A DNA stretch of 64,000 bases. Origin: Mobula hypostoma (taxonomy: Eukaryota). Location of the stretch: contig NC_086097.1 of the NCBI RefSeq assembly GCF_963921235.1, forward strand, positions 234,486,001 to 234,550,000. Reading direction: 5' to 3'. A model generated the notes under the pieces. The model made no database searches, had not been told where the DNA came from, and saw only the letters and a list, made by a program, of their open reading frames with translations. Position 1 is the stretch's first letter. Each line of letters starts with the position of its first letter. Shown piece after piece: positions 50,325 to 63,142 of the stretch. Made by a program: the position numbers and the translations under genes.

Positions 50325-50975
50325 ACACAATGTTTGCTGAAGAATTTCAGATCGTGATGAGGAGGAGTACAGGAGTAACATAGAGTGCTTGGTTGAGTGG
50401 TGTCACACCAACAAACTTGCATTCAACATCAACTAAGACCAAGAAATTGATTGGAGACTTCAGGAAGGAAAAGTCGAGGAAACACACACCTATCTTTATC
50501 GAGGGATCAGGAGTGGAAAAAGTGAGCAGGTTCAAGTTTCCAGCTGTCAAAATCTCTAAGGATCAGTCCGGGGCTGATCATGTTGATACATTTACAAAGA
50601 GGGCATGACAGCAGCTATATTTCATTAAGAGTGAAGAGAATTGGTATGTCACCAAAGACACTGCCATGTAGGGCATTCTAACTGGTTGCATCACAGTCAA
50701 GTGTGGAGGGGCCACTGCACATTATCAGAAAAAAAACTGCAGAAAGTTGTAAATTCAGCTAACTCTATCATGAGCACGAGCCTCCCCAGCTTCCAAGACA
50801 CATTGAAAAAAGTGATTCCTCAGAAAGGTGGCACCCATCATTAAGCACCCGCATCATCCAGGACATACCCTTTTTTATTACTACCATCAGTGAGGAGGTA
50901 CAGGAGCCTGAAGACAAACTCAGTGTTTTAGGAACATCTTCTTCCCCTCCACCATCAGAATTCTGGATGAACAAT
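50325..50975 (+). mobile_element. Decayed Rex1/Babar-like LINE RT C-terminus
   Basis: TKTKKLIGDFRKEK...IEGSGVEKVSRFKF; KKLQKVVNSANSIM. Confidence 0.8.
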
Positions 50976-51034
50976 GATGCATGATGCTTTTCGATGGTCA
51001 CTTCTGCATATATTACTCCAAGTTCAGAAATATT

Positions 51035-51405
51035 TCATACTATCGAATATTGAAAGGCTTTGATAGAGTGGATCTGGAGAGGACTTTTCCTACAGTGGGA
51101 AATCTACAACTAGAGGCCAGAGCCTCGGATACCAGGTTGTCCCTTTAAAACAGAGATGAAGAGGAATTTCTTTAGCCAGAGTGTGGTGAAACCAATGGAA
51201 TTCAGTGCCACAGGCACCAGTGAGGCCAAGCCATTGGGTCTATTTAAAGTGGAAGTTGATAGTTTCTTGATTAGTAAGTGTGTCAAGGATTACTGGGAGA
51301 AGGCAGACGAATGTTAAGTGGTTTAATAAATCTGTCAAGATTGAATGGTAGGGCAGATTGGATGGGCTGAATGGCCTAATTCTGCTCCTATATCTAAAGG
51401 TCTTA
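51035..51405 (+). mobile_element. CR1 3' end
   Basis: Same tail type as 59860-60220 and 25980-26230. Confidence 0.8.
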
Positions 51406-51558
51406 CAAAGTGCTTGATAGACATTGGAAAGGGCAGTTCGCAATTCCAGTCTTCCTCCAAAGCTTCTGCAGAAAGCCGGGGAATTCAGCCCTAAATTATT
51501 TACTAGAAATAATTTCAATGGTCTTTTATCTGCATAGTTTCTATGAACTGTTATCGTG

Positions 51559-51793
51559 TGGGCACGTGGCCAAGTGGTTAAGGCGTTCATCTAGTGATCT
51601 CAAGGTCGCTAGTTTAAGCCTCAGCTGTGGCAGCGTGTTTGCGTCCTTGAGCAAGGCACTTAATCACACATTGCTCTAGTGTCTGTGCGAGGAGTGGTGC
51701 CCCACACAGACTTCCAATCTGCACCTTGTAAGGCATGAAAATGCCTGACGCAGGCCTCTTACGGTCTGAGTCGACGTTCCCCCCCCCCCCGCC
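51559..51793 (+). mobile_element. tRNA-headed SINE with 9-bp TSD and oligo(C) 3' end
   Basis: A-box-like GTGGCCAAGTGG, B-box-like AGTTTAAGCC, core GTCCTTGAGCAAGGCACTTAA; GTTATCGTG at 51550-51558 and 51794-51802. Confidence 0.88.
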
Positions 51794-52504
51794 GTTATCG
51801 TGAGTCATTTTGTTGCCTCTGATGATTGAACTATATTTAATATTGAAAATATGAAACAGATCAAAACCTCATGCTGAGGACCTAGAATTAGCTCTAAAAT
51901 CATTGGGAAATAAGCTAGGATCTAGATGCAACATCCCTTGACCTTCTGTAAGAGATTTATTTGACATTTGATGGAGTGGGTCTTTTATTATGCTGGACTT
52001 AGATGTCTGCCCTTATCACAACTGTTCTATACTGAGCGCTTCATACTTGATCTGTGCCAATCCTCTAATAAAATGGAAAAAAAAATCTACAGTTCCAGAA
52101 AATCCAAAATAAAAACAAAGTGCTATAAACACTCAATAGGTCAAGAAATATCTGTAGAAAGATGTGAAATAAGAGTCCTATTAAGTATTTAAATTTTATT
52201 TCTGAGAATTTCAAACATAGTTATTGATCATACTATAAGGAAACATTTTATTGTGTCTTCTGTTCTGGACAGATTGTCTGGAGTTAGGACAGGATTATCT
52301 AATTGTGTTGTTTCTGCCTGTGGCTTGTATCAGGTAGAACCTAAAATGGAGACTGGTCGAAGCACTGCACATCAGACTGGAGCGATCATTTGAGGCTACA
52401 GCTGCGAAGACAAAGGTTAATGAAAAGCTAGTATCAATCAAAGAGAGTATGAAACTCATAGGCTCACCTAGTCCATATGAACTATCAGCCACCATGGACA
52501 CTAA

Positions 52505-53012
52505 AAAGACTATAAGGCCATCAGACTTGGAAGCAGAATTCGACCATTTGCCCCATTGATTCCGCTCTGCCACTTCATCATGTCTGACCCATTTCCCTCT
52601 GACCCCTAATCTCCTGCCTTCTCCCCGAGTTCCTTCATACCCTGACGAGTCAAGAATCCATCAATCTCTGCCTTAAGTATACCCAATTACTAGGCCTCCA
52701 CAAACACCTGTGGCAACAAACTTCACAGGTTCACCAGACTCTGGGTAAAGAAATTCCTCCTCATCTTCATCTTAAATGGATGTTCCTCTATTCTTAGGCT
52801 ATGTCCTCTGGTCTTAGGCTACCCTGCCATAAGAAACATGCTCACTACATTCACTCTACTGAGTTCTTTTAACATTTGATAGTTTTCAATGAGATCACCT
52901 CTCATTCTTCTGAATTCAAATGAGTACAGGACCAGTGCCATCAAACACTCCTCAGTTGGTAAGTCTTTCAATCCTGGAATCATTTTTATGAACCTCCTTT
53001 GAACACTTTCCA
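52505..53012 (-). mobile_element. CR1 3' end
   Basis: ESVQRRFIKMIPGLKDL...RRMRGDLIENYQMLK. Confidence 0.85.
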
Positions 53013-53017
53013 TTCAA

Positions 53018-53456
53018 GCAACACATATAAAAGTTGCTGGTGAACGCAGCAGGCCAGGCAGCATCTCTAGGAAGAGGTACAGTCGATGTTTTGGGCTGAG
53101 ACCCTTCATCAGGACTAACTGAAAGAAGAGAGAGTAAGAGATTTGAAAGTGGGAGGGGGAGGGGGAGATCTGAAATGATAGGAAAAGACAGGAGGGGGAA
53201 GAGATGGAGCCAAGAGCTGGAAAGTTGATTGGCAAAGGGGATATGAGAGGATCATGGGATGGGAGGCCTAGGGAGAAAGAAAGGAGGAAGGGGGAAGCCC
53301 AGAGGTTGGGCAAGGAGTATAGTGAGAGGGACAGAGGGAGAAAAGGGAGAGAGAGAGAGAGAGAGAGAGAGAAAACAAACAAATCAATAAATAAATACAT
53401 AACAGATGGGGTACGAAGGAGAGGTGGGGCATTAATGGAAGTTAGAATGGAATTGA
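53018..53456 (-). mobile_element. Penelope terminal repeat, same young family as 8192-8967, 13-bp flanking duplication
   Basis: Closely matches about 8228-8650; ACTTTCCATTCAA at 53005-53017 and 53457-53469. Confidence 0.85.
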
Positions 53457-56400
53457 ACTTTCCATTCAATTCCATTTTACTCTCTCCACATTTTCCATGA
53501 ACTCCCCTCAGTTTCTACCACTTCATTATACACCAGCCAATTACAATTGAGGCCAATTTACAGTGGTCGTTTAACCTACCAATCTTATAACTTTGAGATG
53601 TGGGAGGAAAGAGTAACATCTGGAGAAAAGATATGCTGTCATTGAGAGAACATGCAAAACCCCAAGCACACAGGAAAGGAGGTCAGGATTGAACGCAGCT
53701 GTTTCTGGTGACTCCAACAGCTCATGCCATTGTCTTATCTCAGACTGCTGGAAGTCATTGACCATAAGACAATAAAACACAGGAGCAGTATTATGCCATC
53801 AGCCCATCGAGTCTGCCCTACCATTTGTTTACGGACGATTTATTTTCCTTCTCAACCCCATTCTTCCTGTAAACTTTATGTCCTTACTAATTAAGAACCT
53901 ACAACTTCCACTTTAAAAATTCTCAATGACTTGTCCACCATAGACAAATGTTGGCACAGTTTGACCACCCTTGGGCTAAAGAAATTCCCCCTTATCTTCG
54001 TTCTAAAGGGATGTGCTGCTATTCCATCCGAAGGGCCAGTCAGCGGTGAGAGCAGAACACAGTGACAAGGTTTCTTGCAGGTCAGTGACGTTTGTTTAAA
54101 AGGAGAGCTCTGAGAGCATTAGGATATTTTGGAAGCCCAGTCAGTGCCGGAAGCAGAACACAGCAAAGAGGTTTCTTGTCGGTCAGCTACGCTTGTTTAA
54201 AAGGAAAGCTTTGTGGGCATTTGGACAGTCCAGAGGCTCAATCAGCAACGGGAGCAGAGGACAGTGAATTAAATAAAAGTACAGAAGGGACAAGCAGGGC
54301 AGCTATTGACGGGGCAGCCGTTGTCGGGAGTGGGTTCGAGGCAAGAGTAGGAGTGTCAGGTTTTGGCACAGAGGAGGCTTCGGCTCAAAAGAGGTGCTGG
54401 CTCCAGGTAAGTTTCTGTTAAGGTTCAGAATTAGAATCAGATTCAGAATCAGGTTTATTATCACCAGGAGTTTGTTAACTCAGCAGCAGCAGTTCAATGC
54501 AATACATAATCTAGCAGAGAGAAAAAAAATAATAACAAGGTTCCCTGTTTTTATTCTTTCTTGTTGTACTTACTGTAGTAAATGGCCATTGTATGTTCTT
54601 CATGCTGGATGTTGCTGCCCTGGGAGACCCAGAGTCTCTCAGGGAACTACACCTGCATGAAGTGCATCCAGCTGTAGCTCCTTGAAGACCATGTTAGGGA
54701 TTTGGAGCAGCAGCTGGATGACCTTTGGATTGCACGGGAGAGTGAGGAGATAATCGATCAACATTACAGGAAAGTAGTCACCCTGAATCTGCAGGAGGCA
54801 AGTGGTCCGGTGACTGTCAGGAGAAATGGAAATGTGAATAGCCAGTTAGCACAGAGCACCCCTGTGGCCATTCCCCTCAAAAATAAGTTTTGGATTCTTT
54901 TGTGGGGTATGACCTCCCAGGGGAATGCCAAGGAGACCGGGTTACTGGCACTGAGCATGGGTCCATGGTGCAGAAAGTAAAGAGGGAGAAGAGGGGAGTG
55001 GTAGTGGTAGGGGAGTCAATAGTCAGAGGAACAGACAGGAAATTCTGTGGACGTGAATGGGGCACCCAGATGGTATGTTACCTCCCATATGTCAAGGTTG
55101 GGACATCTCAGATAACGTCCAGAGCATTTTAAATAGGGAGGGAGAGATGTCTTGGAAAAGTAATGAAGTACTGAAAAGAAAATTTAGAAAACTAGGCAGA
55201 AAGCTGAAAAGCAGGACCTCCAGGGTAGTAATTTCTAGAATACTACCTGTGCCATGTGCCAGTGAGGGTAGAAACAGGATGAATTGACAGATACATGTGT
55301 GGCTGAGAAGCTGATGCAGGGAGAAGGGCTTCAGGTTCTTGTATTACTGGGATCTCTTCTCCTCTTCAAAAGGGACAGGTTGCACTTGAACATGAAGGGG
55401 ACCAGATTTCTCACGGGCAGGTTTCTTAGAGCTATTGTTGAGGGTTTATGGCCGGGGCATGGGAACTAGAATGGTTTCAGGAGAGGACGGATGGTAAAAA
55501 CACAAAGATAGCGTGCAGTCAGACTGTCAGGAAGGGCAGGACAAAATTGCAGCTGGCAGGGTGAGTACCAGTGGATTATGGATGCAAAATCAAGAAGTAT
55601 AGCAAATACAGCATTCAAAGTGTTATATGTCTATGCACGGAGAAAAAGAAATAAGGTGGATGATCTTGTTGCACTATTACAGACTGCCGGGTATGATGTT
55701 GTGGCCATCACGGAATCATGGCTGAAGAATGGTTGTAGTTGGGAGCTGAATGTCCAAGGTTACACATTGCATCAGATGGTTAGGAAGGTAGGCAGAGGGG
55801 GTGGCGTGGCTCTGGTGGTAAAGATCAAATCAGTAGAAAGATGTGACATAGGATCGGAAGATATTGAATCCTTGTGGGTTGAGTTTGGAAACTTCAGGGG
55901 TAAAAGGAGTTATACACAGGCCTCCCAACAGTAGCTGGGATGTGGACCACAGATTAAAACAGGAAATAGAAAAGGCATGTCAAAAAGGCAATGTTATGAT
56001 AGTCATAGAAGATTTCAGCATGCAGATCAGTTGGGAAAATCAGGTTGGAAATGGATCTCAAGAGAGTGAGTTTGTTGAAGTCCTACGAGATGGTTTTTTA
56101 AAGCAGCTTGTCGCTGAGCCTCCACGGGAATCCACTATACTGGGTTAGGTGTTATGTAATGAACCTGAGGCAATTAGGGAGCTTAAGGTAAAAGAGCCCT
56201 TAGGAGCCAGTGATCACAATATGATTGAGTTCAGCTTGAAATTTGATAGGGAGAAAGTAAAGTCTGATGTAGCAGTATTTCAGTGGAGTGAAGGAAATTA
56301 TAGTGGTATGAGAGGAGTTAGCCAAAGTAAATTGGCAAGTAAATTGGCCAAAGTAAATTGGATTCTGGCAGGGATGACAGCAGAGCAGCAAAGCAATGAG

Positions 56401-57227
56401 TTTCTGGGAAAAATTAGGAAAGTGCAGGACATATGTATTCCAAAAGCAAAGAAATACTCAAATGGCAAAATAGTACTCTGTGGCTGACAAGGGAATTCAA
56501 AGCTAATATGAAAACAAAAGAGAGGGAATACAACAAAGAAAAAATTAGTGGTAAGAGAGAGGATTAGGAAGTTTATAAAGACCTACAGGAAGCAACTAAA
56601 ACAATCTTTAGGAGGGAAAAGATGAAACATGAAAGCAAGCTAGCAAACAATATCAAAATAGATAGTAAAAGCTTTTTCAAGTATTTAAAAAATGAACGAG
56701 GACAGCTAGAAAATAAGGCAGGAGAAATATTAGCGGGGGACAAGGAGATAGTGGATGAACTAAATGAGTACTTTGCATCAGTCTTCATTGTGGAAGACAC
56801 TAGCAGTGTGCCATATGTTCACGGCGTGAGGGAAGAGAAGTGAGTGGTGCCATTACTATTACAGGGAAGAAAGTGCTCATAAAGCTGAAAGAACTAAGGG
56901 TACATAAGTCACCTGGACCAAATGAACTGCACCCTAGGGTTCTGAAAGAGGTAGAGGTAGAGATTGTGGAGGCATTAGTGATGATCTTTCAAAAATCATT
57001 GGACACTAACATGGTGCCAGAGGACTGGAAAATTGCAAAAGTCACTCTACTCTTTAAGAAAGGAGTGGAGGTAGCAGGAAAGAATTTATAGACCAGTTAG
57101 CCTGAACTCAAAGGTTGGGAAGATGTTGCAGTCAGTTATTAAGGATAATGTAATGGAGTGCTTGCTGACACAAGACAAGATAATACAAAGTCAGCATCGT
57201 TAACTTAAGGGAAAATCTTGTCTGACA

Positions 57228-58295
57228 AACATAGAAAACCGACAGCACAATACGGGCCCTTCGGCCCACAAAGCTGTGCCGAACATGTTCTTATCTTAGA
57301 AATTATCTAGGGTACCTGTTCAGGAGTCTCTTAAAAGACCCTATCGTATCCATCTCCACCACTGTCACCAGCAGCCCATTCCACGCACTCACCACTCTCT
57401 ATGTAAAAAACTTACCCTGATATCTCCTCTGTATCTACTTCTAAGCACCTTAAAACTGTGCTCTCTCGTGCTAGCCATTTCAGCCCAGCGAAAAAAGGCT
57501 CTGACTATCCACAACATCAATGCCTCTCATCATCTTATACACCTCTATCAAGTCAGCTCTCATCCTTCGTCGCTCCAAGGAAAAAAGGCCGAGTTCACAC
57601 AACCTATTCTCACAAGGCATGCTTCCCAATCCAGGCAACATCCTTGTAAATCTCCTCTGCACCTTTTCTATGGTTTCCACATCCTTCCTGAAATGATGCG
57701 ACCAGAACTGCGCATAGTACTCCAAGTGGGGTCTGACCAGGATCCTATATAGCGGCAACATCACCTCTCGGCTCCTAAACTCAATCCCACGATTGATGAA
57801 GGTCAATGAACCTTATGCCTGCTTAACCACAGAGTCAACCTGCACAGCAGCTTTGAGTGTGCTATGGACTCGGACCCCAAGATCCCTCTGATCCTCCACA
57901 CTGCCAAGAGTCTTACCATTAATGCTATATTCTGCCATCATATTTGACCTACCAAAATGAACCACCTCACACTTAATGGGTTGAATTCCACTGCCACTTC
58001 TCAGCCCAGTTTTGCTTCCTATCAATGTCCCGTTGTAACCTCTGACAGCCCTCCACACTATCCACAACACCCTCAACCTTTGTGTCATCAGTAAATTTCC
58101 TAACCCATCCCTCTGCTTCCTCATCCAGATCATTTATGAAAATCACGAAGAGTAGGGGTCCCAGAACAGTTCCCTGAGACACACCACTGGTCACTGACCT
58201 CCATGCAGAATATGACCCATCTACAACCACTGTTTGCCTTCTGTGGGCAAGCCAGTTCTGGATGCACAAAGCGATGTTCCCTTGGATCCCATGCC
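57228..58295 (-). mobile_element. CR1 3' portion nested antisense in the host CR1
   Basis: SGVSQGTVLGPLLFVIFINDL, KFTDDTK; the host frame CLTN|LEFFEEI rejoins across it. Confidence 0.92.
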
Positions 58296-58472
58296 TGTTT
58301 GGAATTCTTTGAGGAGATTACAAGTAATATAGATAAAGGTGATGTCGTAGATGCTGTGTATTTGGACTTTCAGAAGGCCTTTGACAACATTGGTAGAGCA
58401 TTGCCTGATTGGTAGGAGGCGAAGAGTGGGAATAAAGGGATCCTTGTCTGGTTAGCTGCCAGTGGCTAGTTG

Positions 58473-59230
58473 TGTTCAAAGGTACATTTAATGTGAGAGA
58501 TGTGTATACAATATACATCCTGAAATGCTTTTTCGTCGCAACCATCCACGAAAACAGAGGAGTGCCCTAAAGAATGAATGACAGCTAAATGTTAGAACCC
58601 CAAAGTCCCTCCCAGCTCCCCTCCCTCCCTCCCATACGTGAGCGGCAGCAAGCAACATAAGTGGCAGCAACCCCTCTCCCCCCACCAGCAAAAAAAAAGC
58701 ATCAGCACCCACCCCTGAGCACACCAACAAGGCAAAAGCAAAGACACAAACATGCAGTATCCCAAGGACTACTTGTTCACTCTCTATTCGACATACCACA
58801 GGCTCTTTCTCTCCCTAATAAGGGAGAAAGAGTTTCTCCATTTCACAGCTAGAGGGGAGACATAACAAACAACTCGCAGGTTTATGATGTTAAAAGTCCG
58901 TTGTGTTGCTTTTTCCAAGCTCTGTACTCAAAGATCTCAGGTCTCTAGGCACACAGCCAGAGATCTTCCGACCCCCATGGCACACCAGTTTCCTCCCAGG
59001 CCTCTGAAGGCAAGCTAAGCTCTTAGGCCACATCCTTGCCATGTCGAATAACGGCCAGTTGTGAAACCCCGACAGAGGGTCCCGCAAAGAACCAAAGTCA
59101 GCGTGTAACTCCAGGTGAGGGTCTTCAAAAGAACCCTGAAAGGGAAAAACAGAGATATTGAAGTTGGAAATAGAGCTGGTTCCAAAGACGCAAGCTAAGG
59201 AGACATTGTTTAATGCCATCATAACTAAGA
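58473..59230 (-). mobile_element. Non-autonomous element nested in the CR1 SGVPQG motif region
   Basis: Host ...GCTAGTTGTGTTC|...GTGTTGGGACCGCTTCTT; homologous to 23060-23930. Confidence 0.75.
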
Positions 59231-60682
59231 TCTGCCCTTTTCGGGCGTGAGTGTTGGGACCGCTTCTTTTTTATGCTGTAAACCAATGATTTAGATGATG
59301 GAATAGATGGATTTGTTGCCAGGATTTCAGATGACATGAAGATTGGTGGAGGGGCAGTTAGTGTTCAGGAAACAGATAGGCTGCAGAAGGACTTAGACAG
59401 ATTAGGAGAATGGCCAAGGAAGTAGCAAATGAATACAATGTTGAAAAATGCATGGTCATGCACTTTGGTAGTAGAAATAAATGTGAATAATATTTTCTAA
59501 ACAAATACAATCCAGGAATCTGAGGTGCAGAGGGACTTGAGAGTCCTTGTGCAGGACACCTTAAAGGTTAACTTGCAGGTTGAGTTGGTGGTGACGAAGA
59601 CAAAGGCAATGTCCATTTGAAGAGGTCTAGACAAGAGATGAGGCTTTATAAGGCACTGATGAGGCCTCACCTCAACTATTGTAAACAGTTTTGGGCTCCC
59701 CATCTAAGAAAAGTTGTGCTGACATTGGAGAGGGTCCAGAAGTAGTTCATAAGGATGATTCCGGGAATGAAAGGGTTATCATGCAAGGATTGTTTGATAT
59801 CTCTAGGTCTGTACTCACTGGAATTCAGAAGGATGTGGGGTGATCTTATTGACACCTTTTGAATATCGAAAGGTCGAGACAGAATAGATGTGGAAAGGAT
59901 GCTACCCATGGTGTGGGAGTCTAGGACAAGAGGGCATATTCTCAGGATAGAGGGGCATCCATTTAAAACAGAGATGCGGAGAAACTTCTTCAGCCAGAGG
60001 GTGGTGAATTTGTTACCACAGGCAGCTGTGGAGGCTAGGTCATTGTGTGTATTTAAGGCAGAGATTGATAGGTTCTTGATTGGACACGGCATCAAAGGTT
60101 ACGGAGAGCAGGCAGGGGAATGGGATTGAGGAGGGTTAAAAAGGATCAGTCATGATTGAATGGTGGAGCAGACTCAATGGGCCAAATGGCCTAATTCTGC
60201 TTCAACATCTTATGGTCTTATTCTGAGTTTGTACCCTTTGGTCATAGAATACCCTCTCTACATCCACTCTGTCTAGTCCTTTCAATATTTGGTGGGTTTC
60301 AATGAAATATCTCAGATCTCCAGTAGGAAGTGAAACCAACTAACTAATCTGCTCTAGATTGTGACTGACATCATCCTGGCACCATAGTTACCATTTCTCA
60401 AATAGCCTTTCAAGTAGCCTAAAAAACTATTTATTTGTCATGATCAGGAAATGTTTGTAATTACCTGTCATTTTTGTAATATGAGAATGAATTAAAATTA
60501 AACACTGCACTGCATTAGCACACTAATGTTAAAAATGTTTGCATAGCAGGAGAATTAAGGATCATGGGTAAAAGACAGTAGGCAGATCTGAGGCCATACC
60601 CAGATCAGCCATGATCATACTGAGTGGTGGAGCAGGCTCGACGGGCCAGATGGTCTACTCCTGCTCTTAGTTCTTATGTTTT

Positions 60683-61095
60683 TGCTGTGTTGTGCAAAAG
60701 TCTTGGTTAGTATATTGCTAGGGTGCCTAAGACTTTTGCACAACGTGGAGCAGAAAACAAGTTTGTAAATCTGGTGGGAAGAAAGGATTTTGGGAATGGC
60801 GAGGGTGGAGTGCCACAAGAGGGGTGTGGGAAAGAAGGACTGCCAGGGGCAGGGTGGGGGGGGAGCACATCCAGCCCTGAGACACCCGGCGAGGTAATTT
60901 GATTTTCAATAATTAGTTTATTTATCATTACTGAATGTCTCCTTGGTGCTTCCCACTCCCTCTCCCCCTTCATCCCCTTTTCCCACCATGATTTCCCTCT
61001 TCCCTTGCATCAGTAGTCAGTGTAATATGTAAAATTGCTACAGTACTGTGCAAAAATCTTAGGCACCCTGGCTAAGAATATGTGCCTAAGACTAA
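60683..61095. mobile_element. Tc1-type MITE-like structure with repeated TGTGCAAAAGTCTTAGGCAC termini
   Basis: TGTGCAAAAGTCTT...AAGACTTTTGCACA hairpin at about 60692-60742; CAGTACTGTGCAAAAATCTTAGGCAC...GTGCCTAAGACT at about 61041-61093. Confidence 0.65.
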
Positions 61096-61475
61096 AAATG
61101 TTCTAAAAATGGGTCTTGGTTAGATACAGATGGAATGGTACACAACTGGTACCATAAAAATACTTTCAAGGCAATTACTATATTACAGGACAGGTTAATT
61201 TTGTTAAAGCAATCGCATGCCTGTTTCCTAATACCAAACCTAATATTGAAATCAGGAAATAGAAAATCTTGATTTGATTTGCTTTTTTTTAGAGATTTCG
61301 TGGACCTAATTTCATAAGAAAAATTGAGAGTTATGTGGGAGGGAGGTGTTCAGTTGATCTTTAAATAGATTAAAGGGTTGGCACAACATTGTAAGCCAAA
61401 GGGTCTATTCTATGCTGTACTATTCTATTTTCCATGTTTTATCATGACTGTGCTGAACAATGCAGGGTTCAAATC

Positions 61476-62092
61476 GGGAGGAGAAGATGCGCCTGCGCGT
61501 GCACAGCCCTCTGGTGAAAAATGATATAATATCTGTTAAGCATGGGGCCGTGGACAATTCTGATTTGATGGAGAATGGACATGAAAGCACAGAGGAACAT
61601 CTGGAGAAATTTCTGAAACGCTCGTTGGCTGCTGTCGTTACTGTGTGGTCGGGAATCTTTCGGAGGGTGGGCCTCAAAATCCCCGGCCTTGCCTGCTTTT
61701 GGCGACCGAGAAGGAGGTCAAATCGTTCGGTAGGAGATGGCGCTCAGTACTTGGTGTCGGAGAGCTGATCAGAGCTCGAAGTTTTCGGATGACTCAGAAT
61801 CGGATTGTGGTCAGCATGGCAGGGAGAGTTTTTCTTCCTTCTCCCGTCTGCGTGAGATGTGGGACATTTGAGAAACTTTGAACTTTACTGTGCTCATGGA
61901 CTTCTTCATCAGGTTATGGTATTGGTGCACTGTTGTAACTATATGTTATAATTATGAGGTTTTGTCTTTTTTTCAGTCTTGGTCTGTCCTGTGTTTTGCG
62001 ATATCACACCGGAGGAAATATTGTTATCATTTCTCTAATGCATGCATTACCAAATGACAATAAAAAAGGATTAAGTGTCTTCATAATCTAAA
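61476..62092 (+). mobile_element. GGAGAAGATG-headed non-autonomous element
   Basis: Reverse complement closely matches 2084-2695; ends AATAAA...TAATCT plus an A-run. Confidence 0.88.
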
Positions 62093-63142
62093 AAAAAATC
62101 CTGGCATTTTCTGTAAGGACTCTATACGTCCCTCCCCGTGGATTGAGAGGGCTTTCCCTGGCTGATCCCGTTTCCACCCACAGTACAAAGGCATCCCTGG
62201 TAGATTAATTGGTCATAGTAAATCGTCCCGTGATGAGGTTAGTGTTAGATGCTGCTCGAATAGTTGGAAGGACCTACCAAACCTTACGTCGTCAAATAAA
62301 CTAGATATATAAAAATAAAATCATTAACTGTAGAGGTACCACTGAAGAATAACAAACATGATTTCATTATCCCTTTTTTGGAGTTTAGTAATCAGAATGT
62401 GGAATCTACAACAGCCTGTGAAATTCCCCTGTGGACAACGTTAAAATCGTAAAATCATCTTCTGGCACTGATAGTAAAAATAATGAAGTAAGGCCACAGC
62501 AAGCACACTTGCAGAACATCATTGAAGAGCATCAACAGTGAAGAAGATAGAGTGCAGATTCAATTCATTAAATTGTATTTAAAATCCAAGATCATGTATG
62601 TTCATATCTATTCAAAAAGTCAATGAAGATTTTAATGATATGATTTATGCATATCATATTAACCATGATTTACATTGTATATTTTATCAGCATGTGCATA
62701 CTCAGTGCTTAATAATTCATATGCCAGTGGAGGCTGACTCTGTCCGTATTCACCGTGCCTCAGTTCAAGGCCAGTAATATCCTCTTCGAATGGCACGCAG
62801 AGCACTTGCTTTCTGTCATTCCTTGGCAGTAGGCCAATCATTCCCACTGAGAAAGCATGCAATTATCCCCAAGGTGTACTGAAAGGCAGAGTTTTCAGCA
62901 CAGAATTAGTTTCTAGTGTATACCGGATGAGACTGCAGGTTGCTTTGGAAGGATGGAGGTGAGTAATTGAGGGTACCATTGACTACGTAGGTGCAGCTGA
63001 ATGAGCTTTATACGCGTCGGGCATCACATCTTCTGTTATAAATCTGAGAGCCAAGGGAAGTTGGAGCGATCACAGATTATAAGCAACTGATTGCGGATCC
63101 TGGACAGATTTCCATCCGATAAAGGGAAATGGAAATTATCTG

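Larger units (their letters stand above)
54030..60222 (+). mobile_element. Near full-length CR1 LINE (5' UTR, ORF1 esterase-like, endonuclease, RT, tail) with three nested insertions
   Basis: VVVGESIVRGTDRKFCG; DRLHLN; YDVVAITESWL; EPLGASDHNMIEF; KSPGPNELHPRVLKE; YLDFQKAFD; RNFFSQRVVNL. Insertions at about 54420-54535, 57228-58295 and 58473-59230. Confidence 0.92.

Noticed and set aside
51559..51635. tRNA gene
   Set aside because: tRNA-like head of a TSD-flanked SINE; no convincing cloverleaf.
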